From NCBI GenBank assembly GCA_977862235.1, contig OZ374562.1:1550001-1614000 (forward strand): a stretch of DNA of 64,000 nt, read 5' to 3'. The stretch comes from Dudresnaya verticillata. Taxonomy: Eukaryota. This document shows positions 1 through 13,239 of the stretch, piece after piece. Below the pieces are notes generated by a model, which was not told the DNA's origin, ran no database searches, and worked only from the letters and a program-made list of their open reading frames with translations. Each line of letters begins with the position of its first letter. The stretch's first letter is position 1. A program made the position numbers and the translations under genes.

Positions 1-680
1 ATCCACGCGCAGATGCACGGGCACCAGGGTAGGATAAGGTTACATGTAGACAATATGGAGGTCTTCCATGTCACCAACAATATGGTTTCTTCCAGCCCCG
101 AGCTAATGTCAGAGCTACGCCTCCTACACAACCTCCTACAGAAAATGAAGGTAACTCTCAGGGCCGTGTGGATCCCGTCCGCTTTGAAACGTCACGCCGA
201 CCGCCTGATTCGCACACGGGACTGCCGGGATCTAGCAGGAACACCTTCGTTACTTCGATTATTAGAAGCCTCTCTCAGTTTACAGCACGTTGGTCGCTTC
301 TGGCCACTCAAGGAGGCCGCCGCGACCCGCTCGAAGGCCATACGCCCACAGTTCCAGAGTATTGGGGCGACGGGCTGAGTCGTCTTTGGAACCCCCCACC
401 TCAGCTCATCGCGTTCACCCTCCTTAAAATCGAAGCAGAGCAGGCACACGGGGTCATTCTAGTACCACACTGGACAGAGACGTCTTGGTACAAGCTACTA
501 CAACGGCTTTGTCTAACCTCCCGAGTGATACATCCCGGACACGGCTCCCTATTCGCTTCCGCCTCCGCCAATCCGGCATGGGCAATCGAAATAGCCGAAG
601 CCGGCAGACGGCCTCCCTCGCGATCAAGTCTGCCATCAGAGATCGCGTCCCTCGAACTAGAGGCGGAGAGTCCAGCATAA
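1..680 (+). pseudogene. DIRS pol C-terminus: RNase H plus methyltransferase-like domain (frameshifted)
   Basis: IRLHVDNMEV...LRAVWIPSALKRHADRLIR (DIRS RNase H), then in another frame WGDGLSRLWNPPPQLIAFTLLKIEAEQAHGVILVPHWTETSWY (NPP...VP.W...W MT-like motif). Confidence 0.8.
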
Positions 681-2464
681 GACTAGGGGCTCATGCACTG
701 AGTCAGAGTACGGTTCAGTCGAAGTCGAGCCAGTGGCGCAAGTTTATCATATTTTGCTTGGATGAAGGACATCGTCCGCTTGCGGTTTCACGTGGTACAG
801 TATCGGCGTACGTTGGGCATTTGTTTCAAGAGAATCGTATCCACGGGCGATCTTTGAAACACTACCCATCGGCAATTAGGACAACACATGCACGTGTAGA
901 GCTTCTCAACCCTTGTACAAGACAGGCTCTGCAAGATCTGATTCGTGTTTTTCGAAGTCAGGATGACACCCGAGGAGTATATCGTGATATCCACGCGGGG
1001 CTGCCCGCAAGTATTGCTGCTCGCATTCGCCAATTTGCGCTACAGCAAGTACCTGGAACACCAGAGCAAAGGGATGCGGCGCTAATTGAATTTCAGTATC
1101 TTATGTCATGGGGCGTGTGGTATAACGAAGTCCACGGAGACGCGGGGAAGTCTCGCACTGTAAGGAATGGCCACGGAGCCTAACGTGTGGCCTCGTAGCC
1201 GAACGGAGAAAGGAAAAGGGACGGTAGCATGGTAGAGCGGAGCGACCAAAACGAAGGACCACGGTGACAACGTATTCGTGTGCGGAAGGGAGAACTCGAG
1301 CGATCGAACACCGGGGATAAGTGCGGATGCGCAGGGCTATCGAAAGCGAGGCTCGACCGTATCCGCGGTCACGAAGACGAAGACACCCAACGCGGAGAAA
1401 CAGGCGTTTACCGAAGACTCCGAGGTCCGGGCGCTAGTCGCTTCCCGGAAACCCTCGGAGGTTGTGCCAGACGACTGGCTAAGTACTACTACGTGAGCAC
1501 GAATAAAAGTCAACGCGGGAGACGGTCCGTACTCGAATGATTCGTAACGGCCTCGGTGCCATCGAACGGTCGTCTCACGTATAGTGGCTGTTACGAAGTT
1601 CGCCAACGATGCATACGGAGGTGCGCTCGCGTCGTGGGCCTCGGATCCGTTACACAAGGAAACAACGGGAAAACCACGAAGGTGTCAGCGATTTCGTATC
1701 GGGTGCGCGCTGTAATGCGCATTGCCATCGTGGCGCGCGCGATCACGGAGTCAACTCGGAATTCGTCCGGAGGTGTCAGCGATTTCATATCGCGTGCGCA
1801 CTGTAATGCGAATTGCCATCGTGGCGCGCGCACAGTATGCGCACTGTAATACGTTTGCCATCGTCGCGTGCGCATTCATGGAGTCACTTCGAAATTCGTA
1901 TTTCTCGATTATTTTCACGTAGACCCCAGAGTAGTTTTGCGCACAGCGTCTATACCACAGCGCGAGGCTTCTGGGAGAACCGTTCAAGTTCAAGATGTCC
2001 GTGTGTGGCATGAAGTACAAGAAAATAGTTCTGACATCCTCTCTATCACTGCACGGCCTCGCACATTGCAAGGACATCCCGTTAGGGGTGCACCCGCCAC
2101 GATTCTTCGTTGTGCTGGAGTAGGGGCGTCAAAATCTCTCTCCCTTCAAGCGCGGTACTTTGAAGCCCAGCGCCAAGCACTCCCATCTCGCATGTACTGG
2201 TCATTTGCGGGGGATACTCCTGGATCGCAGCACGTGACGGATGCTCTGCAGAGAATCCTATCTGCGCTTCAGATTGCCCCTCCCCCTTTCACTTCCTACT
2301 CTTCTCACAGCCTTAGCAGCGGTAGCATTACTGCTCTCATCCTGCTTTGGGTCCCTATTCCTGTTGTTCGTTATCGGGGACAGTGGCGTTCTGACCGCAT
2401 GCTGGTTGACGTCTACTTTGATGGTCGCCTAAAGGTTACCCCGGAAATCTCGGACTACTTCTAG
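485..2464 (+). pseudogene. DIRS tyrosine recombinase interrupted by a solo LTR
   Basis: N-half STVQSKSSQWRKFIIFC...SAIRTTH; C-half YSSHSLSSG...RGQWRSDRMLVDVY. Removing 1116-1959 and one TSD copy restores Y-L-M-S-W-R-E. Confidence 0.85.
1116..1959 (-). mobile_element. Solo LTR related to the LTRs of element C
   Basis: TGTGGTATA...TATACCACA termini and TSD GGGCG/GCGCG (1 mismatch). Reverse-complement homology to 11885-12737. Internal ~90-bp tandem units at about 1682-1900. Confidence 0.92.
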
Positions 2465-2995
2465 TCACTTCTCCCTACTGGTCAGTTCCCGTACCCGCAG
2501 TAGACTCTCCCATGCTATAATCGGTCCCGAGACGGGATTTTCATATGGTGTCAATGTTTTACGCGGATAAAAAGGTAATGAATACGGGGAATAGCGATCT
2601 ATGCTGAGCGTCCGAAACCCGGAGTGGGTTTCACGAGTCTGCGTTCCCAGTTTGGGAGACAATGGGTCCATATCCGGGTCGTCGCGATCAGAATCAGAAG
2701 GATGCTAAAAGATACATCCTCGCGCCAGGTACCAGATCCAATGTTGCCCCTGACAACGGGAACAGAATATGAAAAGTGCAACTCTGGGCTTCCCTCCTCA
2801 TGGTTGCTACAGTACATAAGGCCACCGCTCGTCGCTCTCCCTACGAGGCGGCAAGTCTATCCTTTCTTCCCCTCCCTCCCGCCCTTCTTCTGCTTCTACA
2901 TTGACCATCAAGCCTGTCCTTTCTTTCTTTAGAATAACCGTTACTATGGTCTTTCTTATTTTTAATTATTTTTTCACTTCACCACAATTAATCAT

Positions 2996-3684
2996 TGTGG
3001 TGAAGTGGCCGTTTCGGAGTGCGGACGGCGGGCGAGCCGACGCGCGACCGTCGACAACCCGAGCTCTGCTAAGCGCGCGCCAAAAGCCGGAGCGGGAGTG
3101 CAGCGACAAAGTAGCACTGTATGCCCTGCTGGAGTCTGCGCGCGCCACCAATAGGAGCCAAGTAGTTGATTTATTTGTAATTGGGTAATTTTAATGATTC
3201 TGTACAGTACGTACTGTCAGCCAGCCAATGAGAATGCCGAGCATGTCCGCAACAGTGACTGGGACCAGTAGGGCCGGACCCAGCTGGTGAACCAGGCCGA
3301 TTGGGGTCTTCTGGTCCACACGGACCGGACCGCGGGGCGTATATCCCAGTACATTAATGGGTGGCCCCCGCGATTCCTACAGTAAACGGGTACGCAACCC
3401 TGGGCAAAGTGACTTACCCTAAGCCTTACTCTCATACTCCTTCACGGGTTCACCTCGCCAGCCCCGTGCACGGATTTCTGTTACCTCCGTCCCGGTGTAG
3501 CTGCCCTGGCACTGTACCGCCCCCCTTGTCTGTTGAGCCCCTTTACTCCTTACAGGTGTTGCCGCTTGAGGTACTCCCTTCGGTCTACGAACTAAGCTCT
3601 ACCACCCCGGTGCCTTGTGAGGTCACTCCTTATTGGGATTGCCTGATCAGCTCTCCTTACAGGTGTGCCTTTCACTACCCCACG
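2996..3684 (+). repeat. 5' LTR of element B
   Basis: Starts TGTGGTGAAG, is collinear with 17347-18033 (about 90% by eye) and is followed by the PBS. Confidence 0.92.
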
Positions 3685-3690
3685 TCTTTT

Positions 3691-3708
3691 TGGTCTCCCG
3701 ACCTAGAA
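3691..3708 (+). promoter_or_regulatory. Primer-binding site of element B (tRNA-Tyr type)
   Basis: TGGTCTCCCGACCTAGAA just downstream of the 5' LTR. Confidence 0.85.
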
Positions 3709-4699
3709 GACCGTCAAGGTAGAAGAATCTCCTTTGGACTCCGCTTCGCTAGGAAATCAGCTCTGTGACAACTCCGTATTGGTGTAAAGGCAGGACAAGG
3801 GAAAACACTCGTTGAGACCGTTTTGGTATCCTAAGAATAGAAGAACATATGGACCCTTCCGTATCGGATCAAGGTGAGGTGCCGAAAACCGATAGATCAC
3901 GCCGCGGTGACGATAACACCGTCCCGGAGGTGCCCTCTACTGTGACAACACGCCGCAGTGAGCCCACCGAACCGGAGGTAGCCTCAGCCACGAGAACAAG
4001 CCGTGCAACGCTGCCGACCTGAACCCCGGTATTGAGAACGCCGAAGAACTCCTCAAAGGTGTAGCCAGCATTCTCTCTAGGTCCCGGCCTGGGTCAGATA
4101 CTTCCCGCAAGGGTGTATCCAAGCCCGGCGACTCCCATCGTGTCCACTGGATACTTTCGGAAGTCATCCCACCGGTGTTGGAGCATCTCCGTATAGAGGT
4201 GCAACCCAACATGGTCAAGGAGGTTGAGACCACGCTCGCCGACACCGTTCCGTTCATCGTTAGCTCCTACCTGGAGAAACACCTTCCGGAGTTGGTACAG
4301 ACGCTCATCCGTCAGAAGTGTCAGGCGTCGGAGATCGAGCAGACGCTCACCCCCGGACAATCCTCCTCAAGCGGAAGGCCTTCGCAAACTCCAATACGGG
4401 AAATCGACCGCCTGGTAACTACCAGCAGCGCCCAGTGCGGGTGCTGACTGTCGATGGTGGTGCGGTTGGCGAGCCCCCAACTGATATGGTGGAGGAGGCT
4501 CTCATGGCACACCCCGACTCGGAAAACGTCGCAGGAGACGAGTAAGGGCGTCCCCGTCTCCTCAATGCGACGTGATACGCCCATCAATATGGGCTTTGCC
4601 GGACTGTCAGACCGCCACCATTACGGAGTACCCCCTGATTTTGTTCCAGGAATCCCCCTTGAATTTCCACCACCCGGTGATTTTGTCCGTGTTCTACAA

Positions 4700-7600
4700 C
4701 GACAGAATTATAAAATCCAGATTACCGTGGGAAGGAGTAATGAGCTAATGTTACCTCTCATCACTGTATTGGATTCTGGTTCTGGGCCAAATCTTATTAA
4801 CGCCAGACGGCTTCCACGCCACTGATTGTCTTTGATTCGCCCATCTGCCAGTCCACCTTTACGGGATGCGTCCAATAGGTCGATACGCCGGCTTGGTGTC
4901 ATTAAACTTTTTGTCCGTATCGGAGAATTGCGTACTCGAGTCCACTTCCTGGTGGTCGCGAACCTCACTGCTCCATGCATTCTGGGAACCAGTTTTATTC
5001 ATCGCCATGCCAAGACGATCCTCCCACCGGCACGGAAAGTTGTTTTCCACCACCACTCCCCAGTTTCGTTGATGGGACAAACCCGACACTCTGAAATGGT
5101 GGTTCCTTCTACCCTTCAGGCCCCCCTGTGTCATCCGCTTCGGTATCGCAAAAGCTCCGCCTAGAAAAATCCCTTATTATCCCCCCTATGACCCAATCCC
5201 TTGCATTGGTCACCACTCCTACAGGTTGTTTGTGTTTTCTTCAAAACCATCCCAAACCCATCCATAAGCACCTCACCCTTATGGCTAACGAGTTTATGGA
5301 TATAATCCCTAACAAACCCTTTAAGGTGTGGCTGACTAATTTTTCCCCCGAACCGGTGCGGCTACCCAAATTTACCGTCGTGGGCATTGCTAGTGCTGCT
5401 CCCTCTGCCATGCTCACCGCTAACGGTGTACCTCCATTTAAGGAGGGGGAGGATCTATTAATTACTTTCCTACTCCTCCTAATGAGAGCAGCAAGGCTAC
5501 ACCCCAAGATGGATTCAAAGGAAACACCGTATCGGAATCCACTACAACTCCTAACACCGACTGGAAAGATAACATCCATATTGGTGCCAAGGATGAAAAA
5601 CGCCGCGCTAAGGTGGTTACATTCCTTGAGGAGTTCAGTACCACGTGGAACGCCGAGTTAAGAAATACAACAGCCGCGAAACACCGTATTCAATTAATGC
5701 CTGGTGTCAAACCGGTATATCAGGCACCATATCGGGCAGGAGACAAACATTGCGAGCTGGAGAAGGCAGAAGTGGATCGTATGTTGTCCGCTAAGGTGAT
5801 CGAGCCATTCGTCTCGGAGTGGGCCAGCCCTGTGGTCTTCGTTCCTAAAAAGGACGGCTCCATGCGGTTTTGTGTCGATTACAGACGTCTTAACGCTGTC
5901 ACCGTTCGGGATTCATGCCATTTACCCCGGATGGATGAATGTATCGACTCCCTTGGAGAAGCTACAGTATTCAACACTCTGGATTGTAATAGCGGCTACT
6001 GTCAAGTAGAGATCCCGAGGAGGAGCGTGACAAAACCACCTTCACCAGTCATTTTGGATTATACCGCTTCCGGAGAATGCCTTTTGGGCTCAAGAACGCA
6101 CCCGCTACTTTCCAACGGGCGGTGGACATCATCCTATCTACGGTGAAATCGCAATTTGCCTTAGTCTACCTAGATGATGTGATTGTATATTCAAACACCG
6201 TTACGGAGCACTTCGAACACCTTAAGGAGGTCCTCACGCTACTCCATTTTGCAGGTGTAACTCTGAAATTATCGAAGTGTGCCTTCTTCGACACTTCCGT
6301 ACAGTATCTGGGCCACATAGTATGCCCGGGCCAACTGAAAGTGGAGCAGAAGAATATTCTAGCCGTCAAGGAGGCTAAGCCACCTACAAGCCAAACGGAG
6401 TTGCGCTCCTTTCTAGGATTATGTAACGTCTATCGACACTTCGTTCCCAATTTTGCACGTATTGATTCGCCACTCAATAAGAAAACCGGCAAGGGCCTGG
6501 TATTCGAGTTTGGAACTCTCACCGAAACGGCGTTTAACGCCTTTGAGGAGTTAAGGAGACACCTAATCTCCCCTCCAATATTCGCTTTACCCCGCCATGG
6601 TTTCAATTATACGTTGGATACCGACGCTTGTGATTGCCAAGTTGGGTGTGTCCTTCTCCAGGAGCAACCTAGTGGAGATAATCTACCAGTGGGTGACTGG
6701 AGCCGAAGTCTAACCGATGCGGAGAAGAATTATACAACCACTGAAAAGGAGTGCTTTGCTGTCGTTTGGAGTATGCTAGCGCTACGCCCTTACCTTTACG
6801 GTGAAAAGTTTATACTCCGAACGGATCACGACGTATTACGCTGGATATTGAGTTTAGCCCATGCGTCTGGACGCTTAGCAAGATGGCGCCTACGCCTATC
6901 TGAATTTGAGTTCGAAGTACAATACCGCCCTGGTATCAAGCACCAACTCGCAGACGGTATGTAAAGACTCCGAACAGGTGGTGCTGACAAAGCTGAGCTA
7001 GATGAGGAAGTGCCTTTCTTCGTTGCGGAATCGACTCCTAATGGTGTAGTGCAACATGGTGTGCAACTAACCAATTGGAAACAGTCCCGGCAGCGTGATG
7101 CCTCGAGCAGCCCTGTCCTAGGCGTTGAAAGTGGAGAAACCGAAACGGATACTACGCCAGAAAAGGATACAGTACCACCCACTCCACTCCGACAAACGGT
7201 CATCCAACAAGAGTATATGCGAAATGAGTCCCTTACTCGTGAGGCGTTCATAGACGCGCAAGCAACGGATACTTTCTGCGAGCTTAAAGCCGAATCGGTG
7301 GGATCCCCTGGCTCACAAATCGACTACGATCGACATGGGTTCCTTGTTCGCAAGTCTGCCCTCGACGGTGCACTCCAAAAGGTGGTACCGCAACAGATGC
7401 CTGGCAGAGTCCTGTATCTTGCCCACTACACCCTCATGTCGGGACACCCTGGTGGAATTAAGATGTACTACATCTGACGGAGAGACTACTATTGGCCACA
7501 TATGGCTAACGATGTATTCGAGACCGTTCGGAGTTGCCGCTCATGTGTCAAAACTAAGGGCACGCGGTTTAAGCATAAGAAGTTCATGAAGCTATTTCCC

Positions 7601-8930
7601 GCGAGTGGCCCACTGGAGTTTGTCGCTACGGATATACTGGGCCTACTGCCGAAAACCAAACGGGGATACGTCTTTGTACTGGTCATCACCGATCGGTTTT
7701 CTAAACTAACACGGTGCATCCCGTTACGGACGATTACAGCCGTCGTGGTGCCAAACGCATTTTTAGACCACTGGGTGTATGCGTATGGCGCACCTAAATT
7801 TATACTCACCGACAATGGAAGACAGTTCACGGCAAAGTTCTTCGACGCGGTCTGTGCCCTACTCGGAGTGAGTAATTTGCTGACCGCTGCCTACCACCCG
7901 CAAACCAACGGGCAAGCCGAGCGGTTTAACAAAACCATCGCGCAGCGCCTTCGACACTACGCCGAGGATCACCACACTGATTGGGATTTATACCTACAGC
8001 CGTTGACCTACTCCTACAATATGTATGTACACCGATTACGGTGTACATGCATTACGGATACTACTCCCTTTGACTTGGTGTTAACTCGACACCCATCGGA
8101 TACTATTGTTCGTGGCACCCCTGTGGAGTTGGAAGAAACCGTTACGGAGGGGCGTATGACGCCCGTGCTCCAAAAGCGGGGAACCATGCGGCGTTTGCGC
8201 TATGCCCTACAGAAGGCGCAGACCAAACAGACTACAGCCCAGTTGAATTCTAAGGCCCTCTTCGACCGTAAGGTGCGTTTCCGACCGGTGGTTCGCGGTG
8301 GCGATCAAGTCTATGTAGATCGCCCGCGGTGTATTCTACGACCCACCGAACGGAAGGAACGCGACCGATTGGGTCAACCCCTGACCACGTCGGTGAATTT
8401 GCGGAGCAAATGAAGGAGCTCCTCCCAATATCGACGGGCCCCTACGAGGTTCACACCGCAACGGACACTGTAGTCACTATGAAGAAGGATGACGTCCTGA
8501 TTCCCATCAGCATCGATTGCATCACTAAGGTACCAATTCGAGTTCCCGTGCAACCGGTGCCGCTATTGGCTCCACCGGTTACACCGCACACCGACGTGGA
8601 CGGTACAGTACCCAGCAAGTGGGAGGCACCACAGTAGTACCCCAAACACCAGGTGGTATTACTGTAATGCCCCAAACGCCAGGCGGTATTCCTGCCCCCG
8701 TTCCGGAGACAATTGATGCCGAGACGGAGTATGTCATCGAACAGATCGTGGGAAACCACGACGAACCCACGGGTATGACCTACAAGGTGCGTTGGTACGG
8801 CTACCCACCAGACCAGGATACGTATGAACCCGCCGAGGCGTTGCCGCAAAACGTTATCCACCGCTATTGGAATAGAAAGCGCACGGCAGCCGCTGCGGCC
8901 CGACGTCGCCGAGCTTCCACACGTCGATAG
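4700..8930 (+). pseudogene. pol: pol of element B (protease, RT, RNase H, integrase, chromodomain), with multiple stops and frameshifts
   Basis: VLDSGSG; WASPVVFVPKKDGSMRFCVDYRRLN; VYLDDVIV; DTDAC; TDILG..TDNG..QAERFN; YVIEQIVG..YKVRWYGY..DTYEP. Confidence 0.95.
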
Positions 8931-8960
8931 CCATTTGCTACTCGCACAAGCAGTAGTGGT

Positions 8961-9135
8961 TTTGGCAAAATCGGGCATGATATGTGGACTCCGTTGTCTC
9001 GGTGCCCTTGTCCAAGGGGCTCTACTCCATCTTGGTGACTTGGCGTTGGCAGAAACGGGCATGACATGTGGACTCTGTAATCACAGAACCCTTTCCCAAG
9101 GGGCTCTACTTCATATTGGTGAATCGCTGGCAAGC
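8961..9135 (+). repeat. Two diverged ~84-bp tandem units downstream of pol in element B
   Basis: TTGGCA..CGGGCATGA.ATGTGGACTC....CCAAGGGGCTCTACT.CAT.TTGGTGA occurs twice. Confidence 0.75.
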
Positions 9136-9314
9136 GCGCAACCACTTCTGGTATTAGGCGATTGCCAATCGGGCGCAAAGACTTGTATGGTGGGGGGTTA
9201 CCCTCACCTCTCCGGGGCTCACTCCACAGTGGTGTTGTTCCACTTCCCTCACGCCCGTGGAAGGGGGCTCACACAAATCACGAGATTTTATTGACAAGTG
9301 GCATCACTACGCAA

Positions 9315-11884
9315 TTACACTGCATTCCGCGGGCGCTTTGTTGGTGGCGCCAAGTCAGCCTCCGTATCCTCCTCATTTCCCGCGCTATCCTCCGAGTCGG
9401 GAATGTCCTCACCATACACCCTTGCGGTGATCATTGTGAGTCTCCTACCGGTGTCTGTCATGCGACGACGCAAAGCGCGAATGGTCCGTCGTAGGCGCAT
9501 CAGACGCCCTACCCACAGCACTGCAGCGCTGATAGCCTCGTTTGCCGACGTAGGAAGAGGCATACCTGCATCTCTACACCCGTCGCGGAATCGCTGCAGG
9601 GCAGCCCCATCGACGCGCAACTCCGCTTCGGTCCAACTCGCCATCTCCTTCGGAGTATCCTTCTCTTTGTTGACCGTCACGGGGTAGATATGACGTGGTG
9701 GTCCTCCATCCGGACCCGCAACGACTACGAACATCACGGAGTCACTCGACGCGGGCGACACCAGCTTGGCAACTTCGCTCCGCTTCGGTACATTAGTCTC
9801 CACTGCGATTCCAGGGCGTGTGGTCGCTAATGCCTCCACCTGGTCGGTTCCCACCTGTCGTGTCATCTCCCACTTCGGAGTCTTCTTCTTCCCCGACAGG
9901 ACCCAACTTAGCAGCTGCTGCAGCTACTACCGTGGGCTTCGGACTAACTACCGCCACGGCATCCGCCTCTTTCTCCAACTTGGTGTTCTTGCTGATTTCC
10001 GGTGGGACTACGGACTTCAGGGCCCCGATTGGTGTGGTCGTTGCGGCCACCACCGACGAATCTCCCTGCTTCCCGATCTCAGGTCCTTCAGGAGGAGACT
10101 CCGTTACGGTCTTCTTCCGCAACGAAGTCGTGCGGTCGCCCCACGCCTTGACGGCTTCTACACCAGAGGATGCTCTTGGCACGAGGACCCTAGGGTCATT
10201 TGCTCGTCGATCAACCACACCGGCTCGGGGTCTTCTCCCGATAGGAAATAGGCCATGCCACATCCGGAGTTGAGTGGCGGCACCGACAACACGCGGTCTT
10301 CATCCCAATGGTAGTCGATGAACCCTGGCGTTCGCTCCCAGTTGGTGTTTGCGTGAACCGTGAAGAGATTCTCAACACGCGCCAAGGGGTATTCGGTCCC
10401 CTCAATCAACCGGGCTACTCCAACGTAGTGAATAATGGAAACCACCTTTCCTGGTAGCTTGAATATGCGCCCGCACTCGCCACCTTCCGGATCCGTTCTG
10501 TTCCGCCGGTATGCGCTCCAGTCGGTCATCTTGGTATTGGCTCTCATGCCCCGGTAGGTGACCTGTACCCAAGAGAAAAGGACAAACATTGCCCATTTCG
10601 CTCGGAGTATCGGACCCAACACAGTCAGTAGCGGATCACCAACTGACTTCTCTCCGCCTGGGTGTGCAGCTTGCCAGTCGCGATGCTGGATAAACCGATT
10701 GGAGAAGTACACCACCACCGTCGGAGTTGGCACTTACAGCCAATGTGTGACTTCGTACTCAGCCCACCAATCCGGAGCGGTGCAGTACAATCGACGATGC
10801 GCACCCGGCGGCACCTGGAAAAACTCGTTCATGTTCCAGGTATGGAGTATCGCTATTCAGAGGCGGCGCCCATCTCTACTCCGCAACCGGAGCCGATGCT
10901 CTTTCGCTGCGTCCTCAGCCCACTGTTGCGGATTTCCAAACCAGTGGACGCTTTGGTAGTACGGCTTCTCGTAGCACAGGAAGTCGATACCAACCGGATG
11001 GTCCCGCAGTCGGTGGGCCACCGCCAGCAACCGATACACCTTGTTGGGATAGCCCTCTTCTTCCTCAACCATACGATGTCACAACCGGTTGGAGTTCGCC
11101 CTCTACAATTTGAGTGAATCCACCTGGCTGTCCACATCTCCTCAAGCCGATTCGGGAACCACTTGTTATTGATTAACCCACCGGAGTCTGTGACGGGGCT
11201 ATAGCGACGTCCCTCGAGAGTGCCACCATAGTTGGAAACGAACACCGATACGGGCATGGGGAGGCGAACCATATCGCGCTCCTCTTCGGTACGCTGACGC
11301 CGACCGGTGCGATGATCATATTCCGGACCCGGCCAAGTTCCCTCATCGGTGTAACCCGTTGCGTCCACATGCCCATGGTATCTCCCCGGTGTTCCCGGCG
11401 CGTATGGCAGTGAACTCGACGATGCGCCGCCTACACCCATGTGGAGTGGGGGTGAGGTTACTCCAACTCCAACCTGCCCAACTTGGAGACCCTGCGCATA
11501 CGCCTCGTATCGCCCATACGGAGTTGCTCGACGATAGCCAAGGGACTCGATCGCGGTGTTAACACTTGCCTTTCGAAAGGCCAGGCCGTTGTGCCCCCGG
11601 TCCCATTTGCCGATCCGGAAGCGGAGTTGGCGTCTGTGGAGCCTCGCCATCATCGCGCCGTTGCGGCACCCGCAGGCTACCCCCACGTGCTGGCAGCGTC
11701 GGTGTAGCGCTCGTTGCCACCACAACCCCCGCTATGGTGTCCGCGGGCCCACCGCCTTCTCTCTCTTCTGCCTCCGGCGCAGGAGCCGCCCCCACCGAAG
11801 GTGTACGCCATGTCAGTTGGAAGCGGCCCCGTACGCGGTCAGTGTTACCGCCTGCCATCGCTAGCGGCACACCGGGTTGGACTT
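9315..11884 (-). pseudogene. Antisense accessory ORF of element B (disrupted; probable ATG at 17223 separated by the element C insertion)
   Basis: Minus-strand ORF pieces include YCTAPDWWAEYEVTHWL*VPTPTVVVYF, WVQVTYRGM...RIFKLPGKVVSII, DGCRDAGM...RLRRTIR and a C-terminal PPTKRPR. They resemble the antisense ORFs of C, D and E. Confidence 0.7.
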
Positions 11885-12737
11885 TGTGGTATAGACGCTG
11901 TGCGCAAAACGACTCCGTGGTCTACGTGAAAATAATCGAGAAATACGAATTTCGAAGTGACTCCGTGAATGCGCACGCCACGATGGCAAACGTATTACAG
12001 TGCGCATACTGTGCGCGCGCCACGATGGCATTCGCATTACAGCACGCACGCGATACGAAATCCGTATTTCTCGATAATTCGTCCTCCGGACGAATTCCGA
12101 GCTGACTTCGTGATCGCACGCGCCACGAGGGCATTCGAATTACAGTACGCACCCGATACGAAATCGCTGACACCTTCCTGATTTTCCCGTTGTTTCCCGC
12201 GCGTAACGACACCGAGGCCCACGACGCGCGCGCACCTCCGTATGCATCGCTGGCGCACTTCGTAACCGCCACCATACGTGAGACGACCGTTCGTTGGCAC
12301 CGAGGCCGTTACGAATCATTCGAGTACGAACCGTCTCCCGTGTTGCCGTGTATTCGTGCTCACGTAGTATTACTTAGCCAGTCATCTGGCACAACCTCCG
12401 AGGGTTTCCGGTAAGCGACAAGCACCCGGACCTCGGAGTCTTCGGTAAACGCCTGTTTCTTCGAGTTCGATGTCTTCGTCTTCGTCACCGCATATACGGT
12501 CGAGCCTCGCTTTCGATAGCCCCGTGCAGCCGGAGTCATCCCCGGTAATCGATCGCTCGAGTTCTCCCTTCCGCGCACGAATACGTTGACACCGTGGTCT
12601 TTGTTGGTCGCTCCGTTCTACCACGCTACCACCCCTTTTCCTTTCTCTGTTAGGCTACGAGGCCATTCGTTAGGCTCCGAGGCCATTCCTTACAGTTCGA
12701 GACTTCCCCGCGTCATCGTGGACTTCGTTATACCACA
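11885..12737 (+). repeat. 5' LTR of element C
   Basis: TGTGGTATA...TATACCACA, followed by C and the PBS TGGTCTCCCGACCTAGAA. Confidence 0.93.
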
Positions 12738-12807
12738 CTGGTCTCCCGACCTAGAACGTGGTCCCGAAGTTTCGCATTATTCGTAATTCGTTTCTATCCG
12801 AGACACG

Positions 12808-13239
12808 ATGTCTCACGCTCCGAGTCGTCCCGATTCGCCGGTACCGAAACACGATGACGTACCGATTCCGGAGCTCCCGTTTTTCGACTCGAACGCGAGT
12901 GACCGAGAACCGTTCTCTTGCACTCGCGCTTCACGTATAACGGTACCCGATCTTCGCACCGACTCGCGTTGGCAGGCTCACGGTAGCCAGTCCGACTTTT
13001 CGTATACGTACAATCTGTTGGAAATCGTTCCCTCGGATACCGTCGATCGAATCTTCTCGATGAAGGAAGTCTCCGATGCAGAACTACGTTTACTCTACGA
13101 AGAGGTCATCGACGCGCTTTCCACTGCGTACAGTATCACGCAGCTTTCCATTCGTAATACGCATAATCGAGTTCACGCAGAGTTCGACAATTTCCGTGCT
13201 GGCAAGGTCCTTAGGATCGAAGACTCACTCGAGAGTCAA
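12808..13239 (+). pseudogene. gag: gag N-terminal fragment of element C (continues at 16486-16214 on the minus strand)
   Basis: VSDAELRLLYEEVIDALSTAY...RAGKVLRIEDSL resembles the element D gag N-terminus VSVADLQLLYEETMDSLAEVY...RRGPLASIEDGI. Confidence 0.75.

Larger units (their letters stand above)
1..2900 (+). mobile_element. 3' half of a degenerate DIRS-type (tyrosine recombinase) retrotransposon
   Basis: RNase H-like, MT-like and overlapping YR ORFs occur in the DIRS order. The 5' part lies outside the window and the right boundary is approximate. Confidence 0.85.

Noticed and set aside
1682..1900. Repeated ~90-bp units resembling a CRISPR-like array
   Set aside because: These are tandem sub-repeats within an LTR, with no unique spacers and no cas genes.
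1278..2077. Many short ORFs in the solo LTR and in the LTRs of B, C, D and E
   Set aside because: Stop-poor, GC-rich LTR sequence; the ORFs recur only because the LTRs are repeated and show no protein motifs.
2465..2900. Precise DIRS terminal repeat or ICR structure
   Set aside because: The matching 5' terminus is outside the window, so repeat type and boundary cannot be established.
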